Of a stretch of 64,000 nucleotides of DNA, positions 1 through 12,194 are shown one piece after another; position 1 is the first letter of the stretch, and each line of letters begins with the position of its first letter. Under the pieces are notes generated by a model that was not told where the DNA came from, ran no database searches, and saw only the letters and a program-made list of their open reading frames with translations. The DNA comes from an uncultured delta proteobacterium (lineage in GTDB: Bacteria; Desulfobacterota; Desulfobacteria; Desulfobacterales; QNYZ01): contig CAWJQU010000002.1 in assembly GCA_963845145.1 (NCBI GenBank), positions 224,001 through 288,000 of the forward strand, read 5' to 3'. Made by a program: the position numbers and the translations under genes.

Positions 1-1440
1 GGTGAAAACACGGTTACCTTGACCGCCCTGGAACCGCCAGTGGAGACAGAGACCAGTATCATTTACGTCGACAGTTTCGATCTGTCATACGAAAAAGCCT
101 TTACAGCCATAGAAGACCAATTGCACTTTAAGGCCGAAGGTCGGGATGTGATAACCGTTGATGGTTTCAATAACGAAAATATTCAGGTCTTTGATGTGAC
201 CGATCCTTTGAAAATCATCCAAACCCAGGCGATCACTATTGAAGAGGCCGAAGACGGCACCTATCGCGTAAGCCTATGGGCCGACAATCCCGACGGCCGC
301 TTTCTGGCCTTGGCCGATCCGGCGATTAAGGTTCTGGGCGCAGACGCTTTGACGTCCTTTAACACACAATATTTAAAGCAGACCAGCCATTCGGCGGATT
401 ATCTGGTCATCGCACCGGAAGAATTAATCGATGAAGCACGGCGCCTGGCCGACTATCGTCAAGGCCGGGGCTATGACACGATGGTGGTGTTATTGCAGGA
501 TATCTACGATGCGTTCAACTACGGTATTGCCAATCCCGAAGCGGTACGGGATTTTCTGGAATATGCCTGGCACAATTGGCGCGGGGCGCCTCGCTATGTG
601 GTTCGCATCGGCGATGGTAGCCACGATTATAAAGATATCCGAGGTACCGGCGACACCCTGATGCCGCCTTTGATGGTAAACACCCCATGGGGTTTGTCCG
701 CCTCTGAGAACCTTCTGGCCGATGTAGACGGATCCGATGATGGGGTTCCTGAGATGATGATCGGCTTGTTACCGGCTGAAAATAGTGAAGCCCTGAATGC
801 CATGATAAACAAGATCATCGCTTACGAAGCATCTGTCGGGGATTGGAAAACCAACGTCCTGATGGTGGCGGACAATCCGGACGGTGGTGGCAATTTCCCG
901 TCGGAGAGCGATGCCGTAGCCGCTTTAGTACCTGACGAGTTTAAAACTGAATCTATATACTTAGGCGACCTGGGTATGTCCAAAGCCAAACAAGCCCTTA
1001 CGGCGGGTCTTGAAGACGGGGCTTTTTTGATGAACTATTTCGGTCATGCAGGCATGGACCGGCTGACTGGTGAAGGACTTTGGACTTTATCCGATGTAGC
1101 CAAAATGACCAATCAGGATCGACTGCCGATTCTTTTGGGCATGACCTGTGTCGCCGGTCGTTTCGAAATACCGGGCTATGACGCCATAGGGGAGGCCATG
1201 GTGGTCAAACCCGGCGGCGGTGTTGTGGCCGCATGGGTGCCCACGGGCCTGTCGTTAAATTCTCTGGCACGAATACTGGATGAAGAATTTTTTAAAGCGG
1301 TATTTATCGATCATCAGATGGTATTAGGTGATGCCATCCTTACCGCCATGAATGCTTTTAAAGCCAAACATACAATCGGCCGATCATTTATGCTCGATAT
1401 TTATACCCTTATCGGAGATCCGGCCTTAAAACTGCGATAA
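1..1440 (+). CDS. C-terminal part of a C25 (gingipain/PorU-like) cysteine peptidase-domain protein, 5' truncated by window edge
   Basis: ADYLVIAP, GDGSHDY, YFGHAG (catalytic His), MTCVAG (catalytic Cys) and terminal LIGDPAL motifs; closely similar to 5588-7030. Confidence 0.85.
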   Translation, partial: GENTVTLTALEPPVETETSIIYVDSFDLSYEKAFTAIEDQLHFKAEGRDVITVDGFNNENIQVFDVTDPLKIIQTQAITIEEAEDGTYRVSLWADNPDGRFLALADPAIKVLGADALTSFNTQYLKQTSHSADYLVIAPEELIDEARRLADYRQGRGYDTMVVLLQDIYDAFNYGIANPEAVRDFLEYAWHNWRGAPRYVVRIGDGSHDYKDIRGTGDTLMPPLMVNTPWGLSASENLLADVDGSDDGVPEMMIGLLPAENSEALNAMINKIIAYEASVGDWKTNVLMVADNPDGGGNFPSESDAVAALVPDEFKTESIYLGDLGMSKAKQALTAGLEDGAFLMNYFGHAGMDRLTGEGLWTLSDVAKMTNQDRLPILLGMTCVAGRFEIPGYDAIGEAMVVKPGGGVVAAWVPTGLSLNSLARILDEEFFKAVFIDHQMVLGDAILTAMNAFKAKHTIGRSFMLDIYTLIGDPALKLR

Positions 1441-1460
1441 CGATTATCCAATATTTACAT

Positions 1461-1492
1461 AAAAGCCCGGGAGATATTCTTTCGGGCTTTTT
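1461..1492 (+). terminator. Rho-independent terminator
   Basis: AAAAGCCCG-loop-CGGGCTTTTT hairpin just after the stop codon. Confidence 0.75.
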
Positions 1493-1738
1493 CTACCGCC
1501 CTTTCTATTAACCCCGATATATTTTACCGGCCCTTACCATTTAAATAGACCCTTCTGTTTTAATATCGTTAATATCGATTTGTTACAGATTTAATCTCTC
1601 GTCCATAAATTTATTAATCATTCTAAGTAAAAAATGTAATATCAATAGAGAAATTTTTTCCCCACCTTTTTCAACCCTTCAATTTCAATTTTTATTAACC
1701 CACTATATTTACTATTATATATCACCTATTCTTACAAT

Positions 1739-1755
1739 TTGGCCTATATTTTGCA
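1739..1755 (+). promoter_or_regulatory. Candidate sigma54 (-24/-12) promoter for the C25 giant protein
   Basis: TTGGCCTATATTTTGCA: GG-N10-GC spacing in an AT-rich intergenic region. Confidence 0.55.
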
Positions 1756-1912
1756 TATAGCATCCATGGCGAAAATTATCACATATTGCCGAAAATTTTT
1801 TCCGCAATAGAAACCAGACAAGAGTATTGAATGTGGTTTTCAATTCACTTATAAAAATAAAAAGTCTCATAGAGAAAACCGATTTTAATCAAAACTTTAC
1901 GCGCGCTAACCA

Positions 1913-4900
1913 ATGGGGTGCAAAAGAATGATTACCCAAAATGCTTTCAAATCATTGACGGAAAATAAAACGATGCCAAGGCAGGCGGTAAAACGAATGT
2001 TATCTTTTAAGCAATTATCAGCTATTTTTCTATTTATCCTTTCATTAGCCTTCATACTCCCCAACACGTTGCAAGCTCAAATCATCGAGACACCTTTAAG
2101 TCTATTGGAAAGCTATACCGGCCGATACGATTACACGGTTACCGGCGGCACATTGAGAACAGCGTCAAACGCGACGAATGCCTGTTCGGTGACCAATACC
2201 GGCAGCGCAACCCTATCGGGAATACCGGCGGGCGCAACGGTGGCGAAAGCCTACCTTTATTGGGCCGGCTCCGGCAGCACCCCCGATTACAATGTCACTT
2301 TTCAGGGGCAATCGGTAACGGATGTGCGAAACTACACCGGCTATTATGAAGGGGGAGGAATCTCCGGCGATTTTTTCAACGGCATTGCGGATGTTACATC
2401 AATTGTTATTAGCGGAGGTAATACCACATATACTTTTTCCGACTTAAGTGTCGATTCAGGGGGTAATTACTGTAGCTACTCCATTGTATTGGCCGGATGG
2501 TCCTTAATCGTTGTATATGAAGAACCTACCTTACCGATTAAAAAAGTAAATCTGTACGAAGGTTTTGATTTTGATCGCTACTCCGCAACCACCTTTACAT
2601 TAGACGGTTTATTGGTGCCTGCTGATGCCACCGGATCCGTCACAGGGCTTTTTTGGGAAGGTGATGAGAACTATCAGGGTACTACAGAATACCCTGAAGA
2701 GTTGACTTTTAACGGCAATAGCCTGACGGATACTTATAACCCAACCAATGGGGCTTACAACTCGACCATAAATTCTCTTGGCGTCTCTAATTCCTGGGGC
2801 GTCGATTTGGATACCTTCGATGTATCTAATTTTTTAAGCGAAGGGGATACGTCGGCCACCGTCGTGACACGTTCCGGGCAAGATCTAATCATAAAAAATC
2901 TGGTGATCATTGCTGCTGACACCTATGCACCGGAATTTACAATTTCAAAAACATCGGATGCAACAGGTCCCGTCGAACCTGGAGATACCGTCACTTATAC
3001 AATCGAAGTGGAGAACACGGGCACTGGCTCAGCCACGGATGTGACCATTTCTGATGTCCTGCCCGATGGGCTGAGCTATGTCGACGGTAGCGCCCAGAAA
3101 ACTTACCCAGCATCGGGTGGCACCCAATCACTTGGTATTGAAGACTCTTCCAGCGTGCCTCCTTTCGACAACAACTGCCCAACAGAAGAGGCGGTTACCA
3201 TTAATGTACCCGATAGTTTTATAATAAATGATCTCAATGTAGGCTTCAATTTGGATCACACTTGGAAGGGAGACATGAACCTATGGGTAACGTCGCCTAC
3301 TGGTACGAGGGTACAACTGATTACTGATCGAAATGATCCCTCCAACAATTGGGATGTATTGTTCGACTCTGATTCAAGCAATTCATACACAACACTTTTT
3401 GGTACCCACAACACAAATACGCCATATTATGATGTTATTGGTCAACCCTTAAACACTTTGGATGTTTTTGACGGTGAAGATGCCCAAGGTGATTGGATAA
3501 TTTCATTTTGCGATGAATATGGTCAGGATACCGCATACTATAATCGTAGCCTCCTTGAATTTTCGTACACAGGATCCGGAGGCACCGTGACCGATGCAGC
3601 CAATCCCCCCCCTGGATTGGTAACATCACTCGATAATATCGATCTTTTGCCGGATGAAACATTGACCGTCACCTATCAAGTCACTGTGGACGCAAATACA
3701 GTAGGCATGCAAACCAATACAGCGACTGTAAACAGCGCTGAATCCGACCCACAAAGCGACGACGAAACCATTTATGTATTCGGTGCTCTGGATTCATGGG
3801 AAAGCACTTACACCGCCGAGGTTAACAGCTACCATCGTGATCCCCATGGTAGCGGCAGAGGTACCGATATTATCTATACTGGTGCACCTGGATATCCACC
3901 CAGCACCGGTTTTGAGGTTGCCTATTATGACGCGGCCGGTAATCTCGTTTATACGGATACAGCGGCTTCCAGCGATGCATCCGGATTTCTAACTAGCACC
4001 TATGATAATAGTATCGATACGGTTGCCTACGGGTCCTGGACGGCGATCGTCATACCGGATGGCACTACTCCCCAAGCGACGTTGAGTGCTCAATTATCGG
4101 ATGCATCAACCCTTGCTGCGGATACCTTTGACGTAACAACATGGAGCACAACGCAGTTCACCGATGCTGGCGGAAACCCCGTGACCGATTACGACCTGAG
4201 TAGCGGATCCAATACAGCGTATATTCAAGTGGCCGATCAGGATCAAAACAACGATCCAAATGTCGCCGAAATCATTACCGTCATCGTCACCAGCCTTTCC
4301 GGCGACAGTGAAACGGTCACCTTAACAGAAACCGGACCCGATACGGGTATCTTTACTTCTTCCCTCCCATTATCTACATCTTCAGGTGGTAGTGTAAATG
4401 ACGGAACCCTCTTTGTTTTAGAGGGCGGGGCGGGCCTAGTCGTAAATTATGTGGATGGCGATGATCCAGGCGATACGTCTAGCGACGATGCCAACACTCC
4501 GACGCTTGCGGTGATAGAATCCTTTGGCGCCTACACCGCAGGCGGTCAAGTGATGGTGGAGTGGCAGACCGCATCTGAAAACCGCACCATAGGTTTTCAT
4601 CTGGAGCGGTTAAACGAAAAGAGAGACAAGTATCGCCGCATCAATCGGAAGTTGTTACCTGGCCTGCTGGTCTCTCCTCAGGGGGGCGCCTACCGCTACC
4701 CCGATAAAAAGGCCCAACCCGGCAGCACCTATACTTACCAACTGGTCGAAAAAGAAGTGGGGGGTAAACAGCGTGTATATGGTCCCTTTACCGTCACCGT
4801 GGATGATCCAAAATTTGAAAGCCAATATGCTCTTGGTGAAAATAGCGACACCATCAATGTTGATGGCGCTTCACTCGAACGCAAAGTCAAAAAACGAAAA

Positions 4901-7030
4901 AAGCGAATAAAAAGGGCCGTGCGTAAAATAAAGAAAGACCGACGCATTGTACGTAAAAGTGGCCGGCTCGGCATGAATATTTCCCTTGAGGCCAATGGTC
5001 TCTATTTTATTTCCACCGACGACATCGCCCATTCACTTAACGTATCACTCCCTAAAGTTAAAAGGTGGATCAAGTCAAGACGGTTCGCCCTTACCCATCA
5101 AGGCCTACCGGTAGCCTGGCAATCGGCCCCCAATGGCGACGGCCTTTATTTCTACGGTGAAGCAATCGATAGTCATTATACTACCGTTAACGTTTACCAG
5201 CTCACTCGGGGTAAAGGGAAAATGATCACGGCGATACAGGGTGAGGGACCTGAAGCGCTTGACATGCTTGACGGCTTTACGGCCGAAACCCATGCCGAAC
5301 TCGACCAATGGGCCTGACCGGGCTGTTCGATGATCCCAACGAGGATTATTGGGCATGGGATTATCTGATCGCCGGTTATGCTGAACATGAGCAAAAGCGT
5401 TTTAGCATCAGGCCCCCGGCCTGGTTGCGGGTACGGCGAGTCATCTGACGGTTCATTTCAAGGGGGGCCAGGATACGGACCATAAGGTTTTGGTTAGCGT
5501 CAATGAGACACCGTCGGTGAAATTCAATTCAGCGGGACCATCTCGCACAGCGCTACTCTGGATATCCCGGCCGGGATCCTGACAGAAGGTGAACAACACG
5601 GTAACCTTGACCGCCCTGGAACCGCCCGTGGTGACGGAGACCAGTATCGTTTACATCGACAGCTTCGATCTGTCATACAAAAAAGCCTTTACCGCCAGAC
5701 AAGACCAACTGCACTTTAAGGCCGAAGGTCGGGAGGTGATAACCGTTGATGGTTTCAGCAACGACAATATTCAGGTCTTTGATGTGACCGATCCTTTGAA
5801 AATCATCCAAACCAAGGCGATCACCATTGAAGGGGCCGAAGACGGCAGTTATAAAGTGAGCCTATGGGCCGATAATCCCGACGGCCGATTTCTGGCTTTG
5901 GCCGATCCGGCCATTAAGGTTCCGGGCGCAGACGCTTTAACGTCCTTTAACACCCAATATTTAAAGCAGACCAGCCACTCGGTGGATTACCTGGTGATCA
6001 CACCGGAAGAATTAAAAGATGGGGCCCAGGACCTGGCCGACTATCGTCAAGGCCGGGGTTATGACACGATGGTGGTATTGTTGCCGGATATCTACGATGC
6101 GTTCAACTTCGGGATTGCCAATCCCGAAGCAGTCCGGGATTTTCTGGAATATGCTTGGCACAATTGGCGCAAAGCGCCCCGCTATGTTGTCCGCGTGGGT
6201 GACGGAAGCCATGATTATAAAGATATACGAGGATTCGGCTGACACCTTGATGCCGCCTTATATGATCGCCACACCTTATGGTCTGTCTGCATCGGAGAAT
6301 CGTTTGGCCGACGTAGACGGTTCCGATGATGGTCTTCCCGAAATGGTCATGGGGCTGCTTCCGGCCAAAACAGTAGAGGATTTAACAGGCATGATAGACA
6401 AAATCATCGCTTACGAAGAATCTGCCGGGGATTGGAAAAACAATGTATTGATGGTGGCCGACAATCCCGACGACGGCGGAGACTTCACGTCCGACAGTGA
6501 TGCCGTGGCCACGTTAGTGCCGGATGGCTACACGACAACATCGATTTACCTGGAAGATCTGGGTCTGTCCGAAACTAGGGATGCTCTAACCACGGGTTTT
6601 AATGACGGGGCTTTTTTGGTGAACTACTTTGGTCATGCCGGAATTAGACAAACTGGGCAGTGAAGGTATATGGACAATGACCGACGTAGACAACATGACA
6701 AACCAAAACCGCCTGCCGATTGTTCTCGGAATGACCTGTGTGGCTGGACGATTTGAGATACCTGGGGTTGATGCCATTGGGGAACATATGGTGGTCAAGC
6801 CCGCCGGAGGCGCGGTGGCCGCTTGGGTGCCCACGGGACTTTCATTAAACGATCAGGCGCGTATGTTGGATGAGGATTTTTTCAAAGCCGTATTTACAGA
6901 TAATCAGACGGTGTTGGGTGATGCAATCCTTGCCGCATTGACCGCATACAAGAGCCGAGATTTGGATGACAACTCGTTTATGCTCGATATTTATACACTA
7001 ATCGGAGATCCGGCTTTGGTGCTAAAGTAA
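1913..7030 (+). CDS. Large secreted multidomain protein (signal peptide, DUF3344-like, DUF11 with inserted proprotein-convertase P domain, Ig-like, 'WQTASE' domain, C25 peptidase); split by several frameshifts
   Basis: ORF pieces 1913-5317, 5589-6242, 6019-6663 and 6629-7030 are colinear with the copy at 1-1440; signal-like LSAIFLFILSLAFILPNTLQA; DUF11-type PGDTVTYTIEVENTG; P-domain LDHTWKGDMNLWVTSPTG; YFGHAG and MTCVAG. Confidence 0.8.
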
Positions 7031-7055
7031 AGCGCAAACAGTTTGTATAGATGAT

Positions 7056-7085
7056 AAAGCCGTGAGGCATCTCCTTCGGGCTTTT
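7056..7085 (+). terminator. Rho-independent terminator between convergent genes
   Basis: AAAGCC...GGGCTTTT hairpin resembling the one at 1461-1492. Confidence 0.55.
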
Positions 7086-7139
7086 CTTCCTTAAGAATTC
7101 TGTCTTGCGATATAGTTAATATTTCTGGATCCAGATTAT

Positions 7140-7670
7140 TTTAAAGTTGAGTCGTTTGATCGACGGGTGAATTTTTTAATCGACTAAATGTATAAAAAGA
7201 TAATCGATTTGGCGATGCCTGCCAAGGCATTAAGATAGTTAATATTCGTTGGTGTTTTGATTCCATGTCTATGCATTTCACCTTAACCTTGGAATCGGTA
7301 TTTTTTCAATCTTAACAACCTTTCCTAAAACCTTCTTACTGGAAACCGGATCGTCATTAATACGTTCTCAGGCATCCCCTTTGGTCAAAAAATGTAATTG
7401 CCCCATTCGATTCTTTTTTTATGAATAATGCGGTGAAGGATGGGCAAAGCATTCGGCCATTTTTAAAAAAAATGAGATCGCCTCGATGCAATGGAAGCGC
7501 AAGGAACGCTTTTTATCGTCACAATTTCTCCTCCGCTTAGAAAAGGAGCCATACTCCGGCCAGTGACTTTCACACGGAGAGTTGATCCCGTTGATAAAAT
7601 ATCTTCAAAAAGACGGGTTACTGATGGAACTTTTTTTTTTAACAGGTGAGAGATGATTTTGAATACCCAT
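7140..7670 (-). CDS. S24/S26 signal-peptidase-like protein (frameshifted, not in ORF track)
   Basis: Manual minus-strand translation across indels: LFEDILSTGSTLRVKVTGRSMAPFLSGGEIVTI...RGDLIFF...LHRII...TKGDA...VLGKVVKIEK; 3' end approximate. Confidence 0.75.
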
Positions 7671-8595
7671 TATTTCACTGGAAATGAATTTTTCCAAAAC
7701 ATCCACGACCTCGACATTAGGTTTGAAATCAAGTTCATAGGCCGGAACATTTAAAACCAGATCTTCACAAAAATCCAGAATTTTCGGCATGATGTCCCGA
7801 TCATACCAAGGAATTGAGGTGACCGGCAGTAGTCGTGCTATCGCCTGCTTCGGCTTGATGTCTTTAATCCGGTTTTGAAATCCGTGATTGATGAAAAAGA
7901 TACCGGAAAGGGGCATACTGTTATTTACAGCAATACCGGCTTCTCCCGGCCAAGGGGTCCATAAGCATTCAAATTTATCATCAATTTTTCTAACGATCAA
8001 TTCGGTCATCACTGAGAAGATTGAAATTTAACCTGCCGCAAAAATTGCCGGTTAAAGTGCTTTTCCCTGCACCTGATTTTCCGGGAAAAAAGTACCCTTT
8101 TTATTAATATTAATCCCCGCCGCATGAACATAACGCCCTTTATTGTGGGCCAGAATATACATGAGCAGAATTTGATCAAGGGGATAGCGAACGGGATTAG
8201 AAATAGTAATTTTTCCATTTTCTATTGACTTATAGACTTCATTGCTGCAATATACAGTTGCCTCGGATAAATCGCTGGTTTATCCTTGCCAACCAGAAAG
8301 GTTGTTTAAAGTTGGCGGAGAATGGTTAAGAAATATATAATCGTTACCGTCCTTGAAACATCGACCAAGACTGATCAGCTATCAAAAAGTTTTTCCTATT
8401 GATCTAACATTGGGCATTTCCCAAGGTTTAGATATCGAATTTGAATTTCAACATAATCAGATCTCAGAGTAGCTATGTATCTTTCCCAGAAAAGAGCGAT
8501 AAGATAATCCGGGTCCGGAATCTAACAATTTGACTACATGTCGCAACTAATGCAAAACCGACATCAGCAATTTCTAGATGGGTCGAATCCGTCAT
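7668..8595 (-). CDS. HPr-kinase-like P-loop protein (ScmC-like / RiPP-associated kinase), frameshifted
   Basis: Fragments read YPLDQILLMYILA, GKSGAGKST (Walker A, about 8055-8085), LSDDR, TPWPGEAG and LLPVTSIPWYD. Confidence 0.7.
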
Positions 8596-8631
8596 ATAGT
8601 CTTTCCTATCCTAATAGAACATAGATGTCGA

Positions 8632-8818
8632 TTAGGAGCTATGAAACATCGCGCATCAAACGAGTACAAGAACATTGTGACGGCTGCCAGATCCAGTACT
8701 GAATCCTGATAACTTACATCCAACTGCCAAGTACTTCTTCAGCAGCCAGCTCAATGGTTCTAAGCTTTGGTTTCTTATAACCTTGTTTTAGTTTTTTCTT
8801 GTTTTTCTCCGATTGCAT
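8632..8818 (-). CDS. Putative RiPP precursor peptide of about 60 aa (not in ORF track; contains indel errors)
   Basis: GGGAG RBS, then MQSEKNKKKLKQGYKKPKLRTIELAAEEVL; after a 1-nt shift AVGCKLSGFSTGSGS..., ending AGC TCC TAA; YxxPxL leader motif; lies directly downstream of PqqD and radical SAM genes. Confidence 0.65.
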
Positions 8819-8820
8819 TT

Positions 8821-9926
8821 TTAGATCTCCCTTATTAATTTACTGTTTTCGATTGCTTGAAACCGATATTCTCCCAAGGCGCATAAATACTCGGAAAAAA
8901 TATCTTCTGCACCATTTTCCAATCTTAAAAAAGGAGGGCAAAACCGCACAGAAGTAATCTTCTCGCATTTATTACAAGAATTGGCAGCTCCGGCCTTTTT
9001 TTCTCTAATACTTGGGAGTGACGTCCTGCCAGCCTTCCATAAATCACCTTTCATCAATTTATACTGAAGGGTCGTCACCATCAGACAGGGTTGAAGCTTA
9101 CCGTAAGGATCAATATGGAAATTGGTATGGCCGGTGCCACAATTATATAAGAAATCTGATATAAAAACCCCCTTCATCCGGTCAAAATAGTTTTTCCATT
9201 GCTTAGCAACCTGTCATTCATTTGAAAATTCTTTTTCAACTACTTCTTCGGGGTCAACCCTAAGTAAAACAGGTGCTTTATTACCGTTAAAGCAAGGAAA
9301 AATAGCTGGATCAAAACGAAAATTTACACCATAATTCTTAGCAATATTTTCAATATCATAAAACTCATGAAGGTTTAGCGTCATTAAAATTGTTTTGAGT
9401 TTCACGTTGATATTGTGATCTAAAAGGTTTTTAATACCGTTGCGGCATTGCTTGTATGATCCTTTGATCCCCGTAATTTTTTCATAAGTAGGCGCAGTAG
9501 CTCCGTATAAGCTGATTTCAACCGATTGCGGCGGCAAATCTTTGAATAGTTGAATAATCTCGTCGGTGATCAAGGTACCATTGGTAAAAACGGTCACCAA
9601 CAACCCATTGGTTTTAGCGTGACTGATAAATATCACCAAAGTCCTTTCTTAAAAAGGGTTCTCCTCCCGTAATGAGAAGATACAGACATCCCGCCTCGGT
9701 AATCTCATCAATTATAGAAATCCATTGTAGCTGTGGTGAGCTCTTTTTCACTTTTTCTATTGATCGATCTCTTTGTCGCCTAAATAACAATGAACACATC
9801 TCAAGTTACACCGCTGGGTAAGATCAATACTGCCGGACAACGGAATTCGCTGTTCAGCGACCTTTCTTATTAAACTGTCGCAAATACTCTTTATTGCTTA
9901 ACCATTCGGTTTTGGGGGCAATCCAT
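8821..9926 (-). CDS. Radical SAM/SPASM-domain peptide maturase (full-length copy, frameshifted)
   Basis: MDCPQ...GSIDLTQRCNLRCVHCY (CxxxCxxC), TGGEP, VFTNG, SPASM-like CGTG...IDPYGKLQPC...CNKC...FCP...LC. Confidence 0.85.
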
Positions 9927-9928
9927 GC

Positions 9929-10235
9929 TTACATAACCCCGACAATTAATTCAGCTTTTAAAAGTTCATCAATGAACTCCAAAATATCTGCCCGCCGCCT
10001 CGTCCCGACCGATACCATAGAAATCGATCACACTCATAAGAATATCTTTAACCTTTTTTTCACCATCCAACTGCTGCCAAATATATTCCGAGACATCATC
10101 CAATGCGAAAATCCGTTGCATATCAGCCAATTTTCCCTTGATCGGAACCAGGATTGTTTCTCCTGCAATCTCCCGGGAAACAATCTCCTCTTTTTTTTTA
10201 AATTTCTGCTGCCAAATATCCTGCTCTGAACTCAT
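9929..10235 (-). CDS. PqqD-family RiPP recognition element (copy B, frameshifted)
   Basis: IVSREIAGETILVPI...IFALDDVSEYIWQQLDG...DILEFIDELLKAELI. Confidence 0.85.
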
Positions 10236-10458
10236 AGTGTTGTCCAATTAAATATGAAACATGATCGGTTGATACGCCTCAAAATTTCCAAAATAAACGA
10301 ATTGATCAAGCGTATTCAATATATCGCAAACACTCTAAAAATACAAGGAATTTGGCCCATCAAACCCATTTTTTGTTATTTGACTTACACCGAGAGTATT
10401 TGTTTTCGGTCCCGATTCTTTTGTTTTAGGTTTATTTGTGTTTTATCAAATGGTCCGG

Positions 10459-10764
10459 TCACTCGCATAATTTCTCGATTTCAGAATATGGCTTAAGCAC
10501 ACATTTTAAAAATGTTGCCTGTTCTTTTTCGGTATATTCCGCTCCGTATGCAACCATATTTTCGATATTGCTCTGCCACCAGATTTGAGGCCGGTCTTTC
10601 ACCAGATTACGACAAATTCGCTCGGTCGTGTGGCAATCCGTGCACTTTTTCGTTAGGAGGCTCACGCACGGGGATTCATCAACGCCCAATCCGGGGAGAG
10701 GGTGTAAGATCACCATCCACAAAAGAAAAACGATAATAATGAAGGATATTTTTTTCAGAATCAT
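10459..10764 (-). CDS. Small exported monoheme c-type cytochrome (copy B)
   Basis: Hydrophobic N-terminus, CTDCH heme motif, downstream W..NIENMVAYGA with a candidate Met ligand. Confidence 0.6.
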   Translation of the reverse strand: MILKKISFIIIVFLLWMVILHPLPGLGVDESPCVSLLTKKCTDCHTTERICRNLVKDRPQIWWQSNIENMVAYGAEYTEKEQATFLKCVLKPYSEIEKLCE

Positions 10765-10795
10765 TCCAACTTTCAAAATATTAGCCAGTATCGTT

Positions 10796-11666
10796 TTAAA
10801 GCAAATTATATCGTAGGCTAGTGACCATCAGGCAGGGTTGAAGATTACCGTAAGCATTTATATGAAAATTGGTCAGGCCTGTGCCGCAGGTATATAAAGA
10901 ATCCGATATAACAACACCCTTCATCCTGTCAAAATATTTTTTCCATTGCTTTGACCTATCATCGTCGGAAAATTCTTTTTTGACCACTTCTTCGGGGTCA
11001 ACCCGAAGGCTGACAGGTGCTTTATTCCCATCAAAACACGGGAAAATCGCAGGATCAAAGCGAAACTTTACGCCATAATTCTTGGCAATATTTTCAATAT
11101 CATAAAACTCATGACGGTTTAGCGACATCAAAATTGTTTTGAGTTTCACGTTGATATCGTTATCCAAAAGCTTTTCAATACCATCGCAGCACCGCTTGTA
11201 TGATCCTTTCACCCCCGTAATTTTTTCGTAAGTAGGCGCGGTAGCGCCGTATAAGCTGATTTCAACCGCTTTCGGTGGTAAATCTTGGAATAGTTTAATT
11301 ATCTCGTCGGTGACCAAGGTTGCATTGGTAAAAACGGTCACCAATAACCCTTTTTTCTTGGCGTGAGAGTAAATTTTACCGAAATCTTTTCTAAGGAGAG
11401 GCTCTCCGCCAGTAATAAGCAGATACAGGCAGCCGACTTCAGTAATCTGATCTATTATAGAAATCCATTTAGCTGTGCTCAGTTCTCTTACATTTTTTCC
11501 ATTGATGACTTTTTCGCCACCTAAATAACAGTGAACACACCTCAAGTTACACCTGTGAGTGAGATCAATGCTTCCGGTTCAATGGGATTCGTTGTTGAGA
11601 AACTTTCTTTTTAAACCGTTGCAGATACTCTTCATTGCTTAACCATTGGTTTTGGGGGCAATCCAT
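10796..11666 (-). pseudogene. Radical SAM maturase (copy A), truncated within the SPASM domain at the duplication junction
   Basis: CNLRCVHC and TGGEP present; stops at LRYNLL* where copy B continues for about 75 more residues. Confidence 0.75.
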
Positions 11667-11668
11667 AC

Positions 11669-11975
11669 TTACGTAACCCCGACAATTAGTTCAGCTTCCA
11701 ATAGCTCATCAATAAACTCCAAAATATCGTCCGCCGCCTCGTCCCGACCGATACCATACAAATCGATCACACTTATAAGAATATCTCTTAACCTTTTTTT
11801 CACCATCCAACTGCTGCCAAATATATTCAGAGACGTTTTCCAATGCGAAAATCCGCTGCATATCGGCCAATTTTCCCTTGATCGGAACCAGGATTGTTTC
11901 TCCTGCAATCTCCCGGGAAACAATTTCCTCTTTTTTTTTGAATTTCTGCTGCAAAATATCCTGCTCAGAGCTCAT
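11669..11975 (-). CDS. PqqD-family RiPP recognition element (copy A, frameshifted)
   Basis: Near-identical to 9929-10235; ends DDILEFIDELLEAELIVGVT. Confidence 0.85.
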
Positions 11976-12194
11976 AGTGTTGTCCAATTAAATAGAAATA
12001 TGACCGCTTAATTTACCTCAAAATTCCCAAAAAAAACCAATTGACCAAGCGTATTCAATATATTGCAAATACTCTAAAAACACAAGGAATTTGGTCCATC
12101 AAACTCATTTTTTGTTATTTGACTTACATCGAGAGTATACGCTTTAGGTCCCGATCTTGTTTTAGGTTTATTTGTGTTTTATCAAATGGTCCGG

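Noticed and set aside
5315..5317. TGA ending the 1134-aa ORF as selenocysteine or a true gene end
   Set aside because: Coding-like sequence continues in another frame (LTGLFDDPNEDY), consistent with an indel; no SECIS-like hairpin seen
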